Source: Nostoc sp. (GTDB taxonomy: Bacteria; Cyanobacteriota; Cyanobacteriia; Cyanobacteriales; Nostocaceae). Taken from it: 64,000 nucleotides of DNA. Numbering within the stretch: position 1 is the first letter of the stretch; each line of letters begins with the position of its first letter. Under the pieces are notes generated by a model, which saw only the letters and a list, made by a program, of their open reading frames with translations, had not been told where the DNA came from and searched no databases. Position numbers and translations under genes: made by a program. The DNA lies in contig JBALDB010000001.1 of assembly GCA_036918135.1 (NCBI GenBank), positions 64,001 through 128,000 on the forward strand, in the 5' to 3' direction. This document shows positions 1-10,228 of the stretch, one piece after another.

Positions 1-869
1 TGAAGGTTTTGACCGACACCCGGCAAATCTGCAACGACAGAAATTCCCATTGCTTGCAGGTGTTCGGCAGTACCAATTCCAGAAAGCATTAGTAGTTTGG
101 GCGAATCAAACGCACCTGCACTTAAAATCACTTCCTGGTTGACTCTCACCTGGTGGAGAGTACCTTCATGCAGATATTCCACTCCCACACAGCGAGTGCC
201 CTCAATCAGCAATCTCGTCACCAATACGCCTGTCGTTACAGTCAGATTTGGACGATGGAGAATGGGTAGAAGAAAAGCAGCCGCAGCACTGTGCCGTTTA
301 CCATCCTTGACCGTCAATTGATAGAGTCCTACCCCTTCTTGCTGTGCACCATTAAAATCAGGATTGTAGTCGTGTCCCATTGACACACAGGCATCTACAA
401 AGCGTTGGGAAACTACAGCAGGGGAGATCAAATCGGTAACGCTCAACTCCCCATCAACTCCGTGAAATTCTGACGCGCCTCGCTGCTGCTCCTCCGATTT
501 TTTGAAATAGGGCAAGACCTCTTGATAACTCCAACGGGGATTTCCTAATTCCTGCCAGCGATCGTAATCTTGAGGATTGCCCCGGACATACATCATGAAA
601 TTAATCGAACTGCTGCCCCCCAAAACTTTGCCACGGGAACAAAACATTTTGCGGTCATTCAGGTAGGGTTCCGGCTCAGAAAAGTAACCCCAATCAACTT
701 CAGAGCCTATTAGGCTAAAGCATTGCGCCGGAATTTGAATTTCTGGTTTTGTAGCTGGGTTGCCTGCTTCGAGGAGTAACACAGTTGTGTCATAGTCTTC
801 GGTTAGACGATTGGCAACCACACAGCCTGCTGAACCTGCACCGATTACAATGTAGTCATAATTAGTCAT
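1..869 (-). CDS. GMC family (choline dehydrogenase-like) oxidoreductase, runs off the window edge
   Basis: Manual translation of the minus strand from ATG at 869: MTNYDYIVIGAGSAGCVVANRLTED..VLLLEAG (FAD GxGxxG), RGKVLGGSSSINFMMYVRG, VILSAGAFDSPKLLMLSGIG. Not in the ORF track because it is truncated. Confidence 0.93.
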   Translation of the reverse strand, partial: MTNYDYIVIGAGSAGCVVANRLTEDYDTTVLLLEAGNPATKPEIQIPAQCFSLIGSEVDWGYFSEPEPYLNDRKMFCSRGKVLGGSSSINFMMYVRGNPQDYDRWQELGNPRWSYQEVLPYFKKSEEQQRGASEFHGVDGELSVTDLISPAVVSQRFVDACVSMGHDYNPDFNGAQQEGVGLYQLTVKDGKRHSAAAAFLLPILHRPNLTVTTGVLVTRLLIEGTRCVGVEYLHEGTLHQVRVNQEVILSAGAFDSPKLLMLSGIGTAEHLQAMGISVVADLPGVGQNL

Positions 870-1050
870 AAAGTTCTCTTCCTCTGTTATCTACAATGGA
901 TAAATGAAGTCAAGAATGAACTGATTTAAAGAGCGATCGCTGAATTTAACTGTTTACCAATGGTGTATCTACCAAATGTTCTCCCAGAAACCAAACTTGC
1001 GTCTCATTGGTTCGCAGGACTTGGCTAACTAACAAATCGTTAAATTGGGA

Positions 1051-1863
1051 TTACTTCACAGCAGTACTTGCTGCTTCAATCACTTTGGCAACCTCTTTTG
1101 GATGAGAGATAAAAGGAACATGACTGGAGTTAACTTCGGTTGTCTTAGCATTAATCCGTTTAGCCATAAATCGTTGAAGTTCAGGGTTGATGGCGCGATC
1201 GCTTTGAGTCACGAGAAACCAAGAAGGAATCGTTTTCCAGGCGATTTCGTTCAATGATTGCTCAAACGCGGCGCTGGCGATCGGCTTTTGGGTTGCTGCC
1301 ATCACTCGCGCCTCAGCCTTTGATACGTCCTGGGCAAAAAATTCCTGAAACTTTCCGCGATCGATATAGAGAAAGTTTGCAGCATCAGGTGCGATCGCTT
1401 TGCTAATTGGAGGTGCTGCATACTTTTTATTCAAATCACTCGTCTTTTCTCCGACATCTGGTGCGAAAGCATTAACATAAACTAGAGCTTTCACCTGTAG
1501 ATTGCCAGCCGCTGCACCCGTAATCACATTTCCACCATAGGAATGTCCGACCAAAACAACGGAACCTTTTTGATTGTCAATCACTCGCTTCGTCGTTACC
1601 ACATCATCAGCAAGCGAAGTCAGCGGAATCTGCACAGCGGTCACTCTGTAGCCATCCTGCTCCAACAATGGAATAACGTGTTGCCATGATGTCCCGTCAG
1701 CAAAAGCCCCATGAACGAGAACGATCGCAGGTTTAGAGTTGGACGCTTGAGGTAATTCTTTGGAGGTGGCTGATGTTGGATGCATTGATATCCCAACGAC
1801 AACACTTAATGCAAATAACCACAGCAACAATTTTTGAACTTTTTTCCATGTAAAAACCATCAT
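1051..1863 (-). CDS. secreted alpha/beta hydrolase (Abhydrolase_6-like)
   Basis: Signal peptide, VLVHGAFADG, GHSYGG nucleophile elbow, D-R-A-I and SSHVP catalytic motifs. Confidence 0.9.
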   Translation of the reverse strand: MMVFTWKKVQKLLLWLFALSVVVGISMHPTSATSKELPQASNSKPAIVLVHGAFADGTSWQHVIPLLEQDGYRVTAVQIPLTSLADDVVTTKRVIDNQKGSVVLVGHSYGGNVITGAAAGNLQVKALVYVNAFAPDVGEKTSDLNKKYAAPPISKAIAPDAANFLYIDRGKFQEFFAQDVSKAEARVMAATQKPIASAAFEQSLNEIAWKTIPSWFLVTQSDRAINPELQRFMAKRINAKTTEVNSSHVPFISHPKEVAKVIEAASTAVK

Positions 1864-1978
1864 TGCGATCGCCTTTGTATTCTTGCTAAATTGCTGAATT
1901 CTTTGATTCTTGTTGTCGGTATAGAAGTTATGAAATACTCTCCGCTGAAATACTTATTTAAGATAAGCACCAAAAATC

Positions 1979-2557
1979 TTAATCCTTTGCAGCAACAACG
2001 GCTGCCATTATCTGCTCAACAGTCCAGCGATCGAGATAGCGAATTCCATTAATAAACAAAGCGGGTGCAGCCTCCACTCCACTTCGCAGTCCACCTTCGA
2101 TGTCCGCATCGATCCGATTGACATACGCTCCTTTGGATAAATCCTGCAAAAATTGAGAAATATCAAGTCCTAAACGATTGGCGTACTCTACTAGATAGCC
2201 ATTTCCCAACTCCTGTTGATGGATAAATAGCATCTCATGCATTTGCCAAAACTGCCCTTGAGCCGCTGCTGCTTCTGCGGCTTCCGCTGCCCGGTGAGCA
2301 TGTGGATGAATCTGTATCTGAGGAAAATGACGGAAGATAAAACCTAAATTGTTTTCTCCAAACGAAACCTGCAATTGCTGTTGAGCAACTTTAATCAATC
2401 GATAGACGTTGGCACTTTGAAAATATTCATAATCTCCATACATGACGAATACTACAGCAGCATTCAGTACACCTTGGATATGATCCTGGGTTGAAGGCGG
2501 AACGAATAGAGAACGATTATTATGGTCGTAAGTCATCTTTCGGTTTGTATTAAGCAA
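1979..2557 (-). CDS. DsbA/thioredoxin-fold protein lacking cysteines (start may be the internal ATG of MTYDHNN)
   Basis: DHIQG..AAVVFVMYGDY, FIFRHFP..IHPHA..AAEAAEAAAAQGQFWQMHEMLF, GV..aPALFING are typical of the DsbA_4 family; CxxC is replaced by YFQS. Confidence 0.85.
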   Translation of the reverse strand: MLNTNRKMTYDHNNRSLFVPPSTQDHIQGVLNAAVVFVMYGDYEYFQSANVYRLIKVAQQQLQVSFGENNLGFIFRHFPQIQIHPHAHRAAEAAEAAAAQGQFWQMHEMLFIHQQELGNGYLVEYANRLGLDISQFLQDLSKGAYVNRIDADIEGGLRSGVEAAPALFINGIRYLDRWTVEQIMAAVVAAKD

Positions 2558-2959
2558 ACTTAAGCCTCACAAACCAACTGCATCAACATCGCTATGGATT
2601 AAATAATAGAGAATTGACCCTCTGTTGTCGTCCACTCTGGGTTGACATTTTTGTACAATCAAGTGATGGATGAACCTGTCCATCTCGCAGTGGAAGGTTG
2701 TCTCCAACTTTAGTTTGAGTCTAAAACCAATTTAAAGGAGAAAAGTTCAGGAGGCAGGAGGACGTTCGCGTAGCGTGTCGAAGACAAGGCAGGAGGAACC
2801 ACCCTTAAAAGAGTGAAATGAAAAAGTCCTATTTTATACATAAACATAAAATGTTATCAGTATAATTATCTTTTTGAACCAGGCTTTAAACCCAGAGAAT
2901 ACAGTTTTCTCCTCATACCCCACAACCTCCACCCTACACCTTGTGAACTTTTCCCCTAC

Positions 2960-3598
2960 TTACAAATTGACAATCCCACGCTTAACGGCAGTAATCACGG
3001 CTTGTGTGCGATCGCTCACGCCCAGTTTGCTCAAAATGCGATTCACATGCGATTTGACAGTACTTTCACCAATACTCAAAGCAGTCCCAATTTCCTGATT
3101 ACTCATTCCTTGTGCCATCAAACGCAGCACTTCCAACTCTCGTTCGCTCAGTTCTGGATTGCTCATTCGCTGCAATAATTTTGCGCCCACTTCTGGCGGA
3201 ATGTATTTCTGACCATTATGAATGGCGCGAATTGCATTCAAAAGCTCGCCAGGTTTAGCATCCTTAAGCAGATAGCCTTGAGCGCCCGCCTGCAAGCCGC
3301 GATAGATGTCTTCATCACTATCGTAGGTCGTGAGTACCGCGATTCGAGCCTGCTTAAATTCAGCACAAATCGCCATAATGGCTTCAACACCTCCCATTTT
3401 GGGCATTCGTAAATCCATTAGTGTGACATCAGGTTGGTATTCTCGAAACGCATCGATCGCCTGCTGTCCATCTTCAGCTTGAGCGATCGCACTCATTTCT
3501 GGATCTCGGTTAATGATGGTTACTAGACCCTTTCTGACTATGGGATGGTCGTCAACAATTAGCACCCGAATCGTAGTGGATTGGCTCATCGTAATCAC
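2960..3598 (-). CDS. NarL/LuxR family response regulator
   Basis: VDDH, DVTLMDLRMP receiver motifs; LSERELEVL..GMSNQEI..TVKSHV..ILSKLGV LuxR HTH; abuts the kinase gene. Confidence 0.95.
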   Translation of the reverse strand: MITMSQSTTIRVLIVDDHPIVRKGLVTIINRDPEMSAIAQAEDGQQAIDAFREYQPDVTLMDLRMPKMGGVEAIMAICAEFKQARIAVLTTYDSDEDIYRGLQAGAQGYLLKDAKPGELLNAIRAIHNGQKYIPPEVGAKLLQRMSNPELSERELEVLRLMAQGMSNQEIGTALSIGESTVKSHVNRILSKLGVSDRTQAVITAVKRGIVNL

Positions 3599-6500
3599 TC
3601 TCGATTGCTAGTGACAATAATTTCTGTTCCTTGACCTGGTTGGCTTTGAATCGCTAGTTGTGCGCTAATACGCTCTGCTCGTTCGCTCATTCCTAATAAG
3701 CCAAACCCACCGCTCAAAGGAATGCAACCCACTCCAAAGCCCCTGCCATCGTCTTTAACTCGTAAGATACACTGTGTCTCGTTGTAGACTAATTCAACCC
3801 GAATTTCGCTGGCACAAGCGTGTTTAATCGCATTGGTTAATGCTTCCTGCCCAATTCGGAGTAAGTTATTCTCCACTTCCGTTGGTAAGGAATAGGCTGT
3901 ACCCTGAGTTTCGCAAATCACAGCCGTGTCAGTTGTCGATCGCATTTGAGCCACAATACGGTGCAGGGCACTCTCTAAATTACCTTCTTCTAGTAGCCGC
4001 GGACGGAGTGCTGATACGGATCGCCGTGCCCCTGCCAGCCCAGCGCGTGCTAGTTCTTCAATCATTTCTAGATGTACTTGGGTTGCTTCCGGGTCGTCCG
4101 TCAGCACTTGTGTTGCTGCTCCAACCTGAAGCAGAATACCTGTGAAGGATTGAGCCAGTGTATCATGAATTTCCCGCGCCATCCGGTTGCGTTCTTCCAG
4201 AATGGAGGCTGCTTCAGCGAGTTTGCGATCGCTAATGTCTGCGATTAGACTGTAGAAACCTCTCACCTGAGCATTGTCATCGAAATCAGGGATTAAGGTC
4301 GCGCTGATGCACCGCTTACCAAACGGAAAAGGGATTTCTGCTTCTAGAGGTACAGTTTGCCCTTCAAACACCCGATCGATATACGGTTCAAACCGTTGGT
4401 AAACCGCCTCACCGAGAAGTTGGCGAACAGGGTTGCCCAGAATTTCATTGCGGCTACGGTTAAACCAAACCTCATAGGTACGGTTGATGAATTGATAACA
4501 CCGATTGGCATCTACATAGCCGATCAGAACTGGTAGAGCGTCGGCAATCAGTCGTAATTCCTGTTCTCGGTCGCGCAGCTCTGCTTCGCTTTGCTGTAAA
4601 GCTGCCGTTCGTTCTGCCACTTGAAGTTCCAGTGTGAGATTGTATTCGGTTAACAGTTTCTCTGCTCGTCTGCGCTCTGTAATGTCTTGAAAAGCTACGA
4701 TTGCATAAGCCACGTCACCCTGTTCGTCAAAAACTGGAGTTCCCCATGCCTCAATTGGAATAGTGATGTCGTTTCGGCGAATTTCCATGTCATCAACCGT
4801 GATGCGTTCACCGCTTAATGCACGGACAATTGGCAGTTGGTCACTTGGATATATTTCATTTGTTCCCGCTCGATAAAACTGATAAACCTCTGCAAACCGC
4901 TCTGGTGTTACGGCAGGATCGACACCTTTGCCCACTAGCTGAATTCTCCGTTGATTGGCGTAATAAGGGTGGCCCCTTGCATCTAATACTGCAATGGCTA
5001 CTGGAACTGCTTCTAGAAATTGAGCTATTCTACTTTCACTCTTTTGTAGGTTTGAGTAGAGCTTGGCATTTTCAATCGCGATCGCTGCTTGAGTAGATAA
5101 AAGATTCAGAAGTTGCGATCGCTCCGGTGTAAACACCCCAGTTGCTAATTGATTTTCTAGATACAATACACCGACAAGCTTACTTTGGTTTAATAGTGGC
5201 AAGCAAAGGATTGATTGGGTTTGGTGGCGTTGAATGTACGGTTCGCTGATAAAATTACCTTCACGAGTTGCATTATTTAAGATGACCGATTCATGAGTTC
5301 TGATCGCATACTGAATGATTGATTTGGGTAGGCGATCTGCCATTGGCATCGATCGCATTACTCGTGTAGTACAAACCTGCTCGCCCTCATTGAGTTCACA
5401 AGCAGCCTCGATTTTCCATTCGCCTGCATTTTCTAAGAGCAAGCATCCAGTTTGGGCACCCGCATTCTCAATTAAAATCTGCATCAAGGAATGGAGTAAC
5501 CGATCCAGTTCAATTTCACTCGAAATCGCTTGAGATGTCTTCATTACCGTTGCTAAATCGAAAGCAATGGATGGAGTATTCAAGGTAGTTCCAGTAGTGG
5601 TGGGAATTGGTGTGTTAGCTATACCCAATGAGTTAGGGAAAAACTGTGGATAACGAGTCTCTAAATCCTTGACCTTTGCCGTTGCTCCCCAGCGTTGATA
5701 GCAGTAGTGAGCTTCTTTCATGTAGAGTTGGGCAAACTTTTCTCGACCACGCGCCAGATAAAACTTGGCGGCTAACTCATAGGCTAATGCTTCTTCTTGG
5801 ATATATTCATTTTCCTTTGCTCCCTGAATCGCTTGCTCATAAAATTCCTCTGCCTCAAGCAACTGACCCAAAACTCGTGCAGTCTCTGCTTGTACCAAAT
5901 GGTATTTATGCAAATAATTCATCGGCGCGCGATCTGCCCATAGCCGCATTTTCTTTTGGCTAACCGCAACTTCTTTGAGAATTTCTTGCTGTACTTGAGT
6001 GTCGCTTTCAGAATACACTGCAAGTCTTGCTAATGCACTGTAGAAATAGTACAACGGAACGTGGGGTGTCGCAGCAACACGGATTAAATAATCTTCCGCT
6101 ACAATTGCATTTTCAGATGCTTGAGTGTACTCAGAAAATAAGTAGCACAGGATAAGTTTATTGAGATGCACTAGAAAGAGTATGACTCCATCCGTTTCGT
6201 GGTGTGCTGGTCTTTTTTCCTCATTGTAAGATTCCCCAACAAGACGTAATGGATCGAGCGATCGCCCCATTAAATTTAAAACAGATTGCCGAAATATTTG
6301 AATCCAGGTGAGTGATGTTCTCTGGTTAATTTGGCGGATTGCTTCAGTGTATGTCGCCATTTCGCGTTCAACTTCCAATAGTTCCTTGCCAACAAAGAAA
6401 GATTGCAGGCAGTAAGTAAAAGCGCTATAGGCAGCGAACTCTAAATCTCCAGTTTCTAAGCCACACTGATATGCCTCCAGAAATGGCTTTGATGTTTCTT

Positions 6501-9500
6501 TAATATGCTCCTGCCAATGGATGATGAAGTTAGTGACGATAAACAATGTTCTCGCTTTCAGCGAACGGATATCCAGATTGGATAATAGCTTCAATGCAAG
6601 CTGCCCAAACTCGTAGCCAGCCTCAATTCTTCCCAGCATTCCACAAAAAATTAATCCCAAGTTGGCGTATGCAAAGGGAGACACAAACGTATTGCCGTAC
6701 TGAATCGACAGGTTGACCTGCTTAAGTACGAGCAGAGGGGCTAGATCGGATGTTAAATGATAAGCAACAAGCGTTATTCTTGATAAAATTCGCATTGCTG
6801 CAAGCTTCTGGGGATCGACCATTTCTGGCAGATGAAATAGATCCTGAATCGGTTTGTGATTAAAACCAGATGTAACAGCATTGAGTTCAAGCGTTATATT
6901 TGATTGATTCGGTGTTTCGGTAAACCTGATTCCTAGTTGCTGCAACACTTGCAATGCTGTATGGATTGCCTCTAATAGCTGACCCTGTGCAATGGCAGTT
7001 TGAATTTTGACTTCGTAAACTTTCACGCGATCGAGAACTGTTTTAGCGTTCTGCAAAACAGCCTCTGCCCAATGTTCTACATTTTCAAACTCACCACACA
7101 AATATGCGACTTCTGTTGTTTCGGTATATAACTCTAAAGCCAGGTTATAATTGGTTTGCCAGCTAGATGCCAGCCATGCTTTACCCATCGCCAAATAGTT
7201 TTGTGCCGTACCATAAGCGATCGCTCCTTTGGCTTTCTGCCCTGCCATCAAATTCAATCTGGCAATTTCATCTCGTTCTGCTTGATTAGTAATTAGTTCA
7301 ATTCCATGATTGAGATGATCCACAATTTCAAACAATCGATCTGATAGACCTGCCAACGCTTCTTTAAGCAAATTGCGACCAATTTGAAGATGAACTATTT
7401 GTCTATTTGACTCATCAATTAGATCGTAAGCTGCTTGCTGAACGCGATCGTGCGAAAACTTGTAATTCTGAATCAGCAGATTCTCATCTAACTCTGAGGT
7501 TGCAAGAAGCAACTCTGACTGAATTACGGTTGTAAGTTCTGCAAAAATTTCAACTGCTGGTCGTTCACAGATGACTGAGAGTGTCCCTAAATCAAACTCA
7601 GCACCAACACAAGCAGCTAAGGATAAAACCTGTTGAGTTTGCTTTGGAAATTGTTTCAGCTTTCCGATGATTAACTCCACTACATTGTCAGTAATATTTT
7701 TGGCTTTAATATGAGTAATGTCCCATTGCCAGCGTTGTTGATTAATGTCGAAGACAATGAGACCTTCAATGTACAGCGCTTTGAGAAATTGATTAGTGAA
7801 GTAGGGATTGCCGTTCGCTTTCCGCCATATCAGTTCTGCTAAAGGTGCAATCGACTCAGTATGTGCGTGCAAGGTTTCAGCAATCAGTTGAGCCACCGCC
7901 CCTAGTCCGAGCGGAGCTAACATTATCTGACTAATAGTAACAGTTTCCTGTTTTAACTTCTCTAAGGTTGCAATCAGCGAATGTGTTTGAGTGACTTCGC
8001 GATCCCGATAAGCTCCAATTAAAAGCAGGGCTTGTATCTTACGATCGCTCAAAATTAACTCCATAAGCTTAAGCGTAGCAGAGTCTACCCATTGCAAATC
8101 ATCCAGAAAGATAACCAGAGGATGCTCAGGAGAACAGCAAGCTCGAATGAACTTCAAAAAGACAAGGTTAAACCGATTTTGTGCTTCAGTTGCTCCAACT
8201 TCTGCTACGGGTGGTTGCTTGCCAATAATCAGTTCTACTTCGGGAATCACATCAACGAGCAGTTGTCCGTTGCTACCTAATGCGGTGAGAAATTGCGATC
8301 GCCATTGTTGCACTTGCTCATCAGGTTCGCCCAACAACTGCTGCACCAGTTTTCGTAGTGCATCCACAATCGCGCTGTAGGGAACATTGCGCCCAAATTG
8401 GTCAAACTTACCCGACGTGAAATAACCGCGCTTTGCTGTGATCGGTTTGTAGAGTTCCTGTACTAAAGCTGATTTGCCAATGCCAGCATAACCAGACACT
8501 AACATCATCTCAATATGGCATTGAACATTTTTCTGATTTCCTTTTCCTGCGACTCTCTCAAATGCTGCTAATAATGCTGCAATTTCTGCTTCTCGTCCAT
8601 ACAACTTCTGGGGAATGTGAAAGCGATCGCAAACATCTTGTAGACCCAGTTGGATATTGCCAATTTGCCCTGTTTCTGTAAGTTGGGCTGCACAACGTTC
8701 TAAATCTGCTTTAATACCCCAAGCACTTTGATAGCGATCTTCTGCATTTTTCGCCATCAATTTCATCACAATGTCTGAAACATCTTTAAGAATTGCACTG
8801 TTAATCGGTGATGAATCATCCACCACACCCCTAATTTCACAGGGAGGAATCGGCTGTTTAGCAATATGACAATGCACTAGTTCCAGGATATCCGTTGTTG
8901 CGAACGGCAGCTGCCCAGTAAGTAATTGGTAAAACGTTACACCGAGCGAATAGAAATCGGTACGGTAATCGAGCAAACGGTTCATTCGTCCTGTCTGCTC
9001 TGGCGATAGGTAGGCAAGGGTTCCTTCTAATACATGAGGGCTTGTGAAGGTTGGATTGCTGCGGTTAAATTGAGTAGCAATCCCAAAGTCGATAATCTTG
9101 ACCACGCCTGTATTAGGATTGAGAACGATATTGCCGGGATTAATGTCCTTATGAATAATATTCGCGGCATGAATCTCACCTAGAATTTGTGTGAGCTTGA
9201 CGGCAAGCAAAAGAAAAGTGGATACAGGCATCGGGCAGAAATTCTCTCGGTGCTGCCGCATCCAGTAATCCAAGGACTCTGCACCAAAATCCTCAAGGAG
9301 GATGACCAGCGTACGTTGGTAGTCCTCCTGGCTGTACGCCTTGATTACACCTTCTGTGTTCAAAGAGCTGGTAATGGCATACTCCTGTCTATAGCGCTTG
9401 ATTTCTTGAGGTGAGGGATAATCTTGCTTGAGCATTTTGACGATGATTGCCTGACCATTTTGCACTCGGATGCCTCTATACACTAGAGAGGCTGAACTCT

Positions 9501-9543
9501 CATAGATTTTGCATTGAATGGCAACTCCAGGCAGGGTAATCAT
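3595..9543 (-). CDS. HstK-like hybrid Ser/Thr kinase - AAA ATPase - GAF - PAS/PAS - HisKA_3 histidine kinase
   Basis: HKDINPGN, DFG, YLSPEQTG kinase motifs; GYAGIGKS P-loop and IFLDDLQW Walker B; GAF (LYLEN); two PAS regions; ERNRMAREIHDTLAQ H-box; EALTNAIKHA and DDGRGF. Confidence 0.93.
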   Translation of the reverse strand: MITLPGVAIQCKIYESSASLVYRGIRVQNGQAIIVKMLKQDYPSPQEIKRYRQEYAITSSLNTEGVIKAYSQEDYQRTLVILLEDFGAESLDYWMRQHRENFCPMPVSTFLLLAVKLTQILGEIHAANIIHKDINPGNIVLNPNTGVVKIIDFGIATQFNRSNPTFTSPHVLEGTLAYLSPEQTGRMNRLLDYRTDFYSLGVTFYQLLTGQLPFATTDILELVHCHIAKQPIPPCEIRGVVDDSSPINSAILKDVSDIVMKLMAKNAEDRYQSAWGIKADLERCAAQLTETGQIGNIQLGLQDVCDRFHIPQKLYGREAEIAALLAAFERVAGKGNQKNVQCHIEMMLVSGYAGIGKSALVQELYKPITAKRGYFTSGKFDQFGRNVPYSAIVDALRKLVQQLLGEPDEQVQQWRSQFLTALGSNGQLLVDVIPEVELIIGKQPPVAEVGATEAQNRFNLVFLKFIRACCSPEHPLVIFLDDLQWVDSATLKLMELILSDRKIQALLLIGAYRDREVTQTHSLIATLEKLKQETVTISQIMLAPLGLGAVAQLIAETLHAHTESIAPLAELIWRKANGNPYFTNQFLKALYIEGLIVFDINQQRWQWDITHIKAKNITDNVVELIIGKLKQFPKQTQQVLSLAACVGAEFDLGTLSVICERPAVEIFAELTTVIQSELLLATSELDENLLIQNYKFSHDRVQQAAYDLIDESNRQIVHLQIGRNLLKEALAGLSDRLFEIVDHLNHGIELITNQAERDEIARLNLMAGQKAKGAIAYGTAQNYLAMGKAWLASSWQTNYNLALELYTETTEVAYLCGEFENVEHWAEAVLQNAKTVLDRVKVYEVKIQTAIAQGQLLEAIHTALQVLQQLGIRFTETPNQSNITLELNAVTSGFNHKPIQDLFHLPEMVDPQKLAAMRILSRITLVAYHLTSDLAPLLVLKQVNLSIQYGNTFVSPFAYANLGLIFCGMLGRIEAGYEFGQLALKLLSNLDIRSLKARTLFIVTNFIIHWQEHIKETSKPFLEAYQCGLETGDLEFAAYSAFTYCLQSFFVGKELLEVEREMATYTEAIRQINQRTSLTWIQIFRQSVLNLMGRSLDPLRLVGESYNEEKRPAHHETDGVILFLVHLNKLILCYLFSEYTQASENAIVAEDYLIRVAATPHVPLYYFYSALARLAVYSESDTQVQQEILKEVAVSQKKMRLWADRAPMNYLHKYHLVQAETARVLGQLLEAEEFYEQAIQGAKENEYIQEEALAYELAAKFYLARGREKFAQLYMKEAHYCYQRWGATAKVKDLETRYPQFFPNSLGIANTPIPTTTGTTLNTPSIAFDLATVMKTSQAISSEIELDRLLHSLMQILIENAGAQTGCLLLENAGEWKIEAACELNEGEQVCTTRVMRSMPMADRLPKSIIQYAIRTHESVILNNATREGNFISEPYIQRHQTQSILCLPLLNQSKLVGVLYLENQLATGVFTPERSQLLNLLSTQAAIAIENAKLYSNLQKSESRIAQFLEAVPVAIAVLDARGHPYYANQRRIQLVGKGVDPAVTPERFAEVYQFYRAGTNEIYPSDQLPIVRALSGERITVDDMEIRRNDITIPIEAWGTPVFDEQGDVAYAIVAFQDITERRRAEKLLTEYNLTLELQVAERTAALQQSEAELRDREQELRLIADALPVLIGYVDANRCYQFINRTYEVWFNRSRNEILGNPVRQLLGEAVYQRFEPYIDRVFEGQTVPLEAEIPFPFGKRCISATLIPDFDDNAQVRGFYSLIADISDRKLAEAASILEERNRMAREIHDTLAQSFTGILLQVGAATQVLTDDPEATQVHLEMIEELARAGLAGARRSVSALRPRLLEEGNLESALHRIVAQMRSTTDTAVICETQGTAYSLPTEVENNLLRIGQEALTNAIKHACASEIRVELVYNETQCILRVKDDGRGFGVGCIPLSGGFGLLGMSERAERISAQLAIQSQPGQGTEIIVTSNRE

Positions 9544-9874
9544 CCAACTCTCTCCTGAGGTAGGACATAAGCATACTGCAAATTATATTATGGTATTGAA
9601 CCGAGATACGCGATGTGAAACTTGTGCGTAGAAGCAGTAGTATATTTTACTGAAGAGTCGTTTCCTCCTGGGGTTCCTTCCTCTCAGTTCCCACAAAAAC
9701 TAACTTTTTACGGGAAGTACCAAAACCCTTATCAAGGCTAGGATAGGATGTAGAGAAAATAAGAAAGTCTTACAACACCCCATACCCCACACCTCGCTCC
9801 TTTTCCACATAGCGTGAAAAGTCAGCCACATAAAAAGGTCACAGACAATTCATAATAGATTCAGATAAAGTACC

Positions 9875-9990
9875 TTTTGTCAATCAGTTAAAATACCCAA
9901 AATAATCTTAATAAGAATGATAATTGTGCGGGAGGGGAAGAAGCTGAACAAAGCTCGCCTTCTTGCCCTCTATTTAATTATCATTATCAT
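9875..9990. repeat. hairpin element flanked by AATGATAAT / ATTATCATT, copy 1 (related to 50678-50796)
   Basis: GAGGGGAAGAAG (9932-9943) pairs with CTTCTTGCCCTC (9959-9970); outer AATGATAATT / AATTATCATT arms; same layout as the second copy. Confidence 0.6.
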
Positions 9991-10007
9991 TTAGCCTGTT
10001 GACAGAT

Positions 10008-10228
10008 CAGGGCAAACGCATCTTGTAAACAAGAGTAGTTCATTATCAATAAACTTTTAAATAATCGTATTAAGCATAGCTTATTTACTTATTACTAAGT
10101 TTTTATTATTACTGTTTTCTACTCAGATGATAAAGAAGCGATCGCTATAAATCTAATTCTTTGATTGGTTACATGGGTTCAGCTTTTTGTCAATATATTT
10201 TTGTAAAATTTTAGATGCGTTCGCCCTG
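10008..10228. repeat. 221 bp AT-rich segment bounded by 16 bp inverted repeats
   Basis: CAGGGCAAACGCATCT (10008-10023) vs AGATGCGTTCGCCCTG (10213-10228), 15/16 complementary. Confidence 0.6.

Noticed and set aside
3840..9414. Plus-strand ORFs inside the hybrid kinase, and similar antisense or shadow ORFs inside other long genes
   Set aside because: They fully overlap well-supported genes on the opposite strand or frame and have no recognisable motifs
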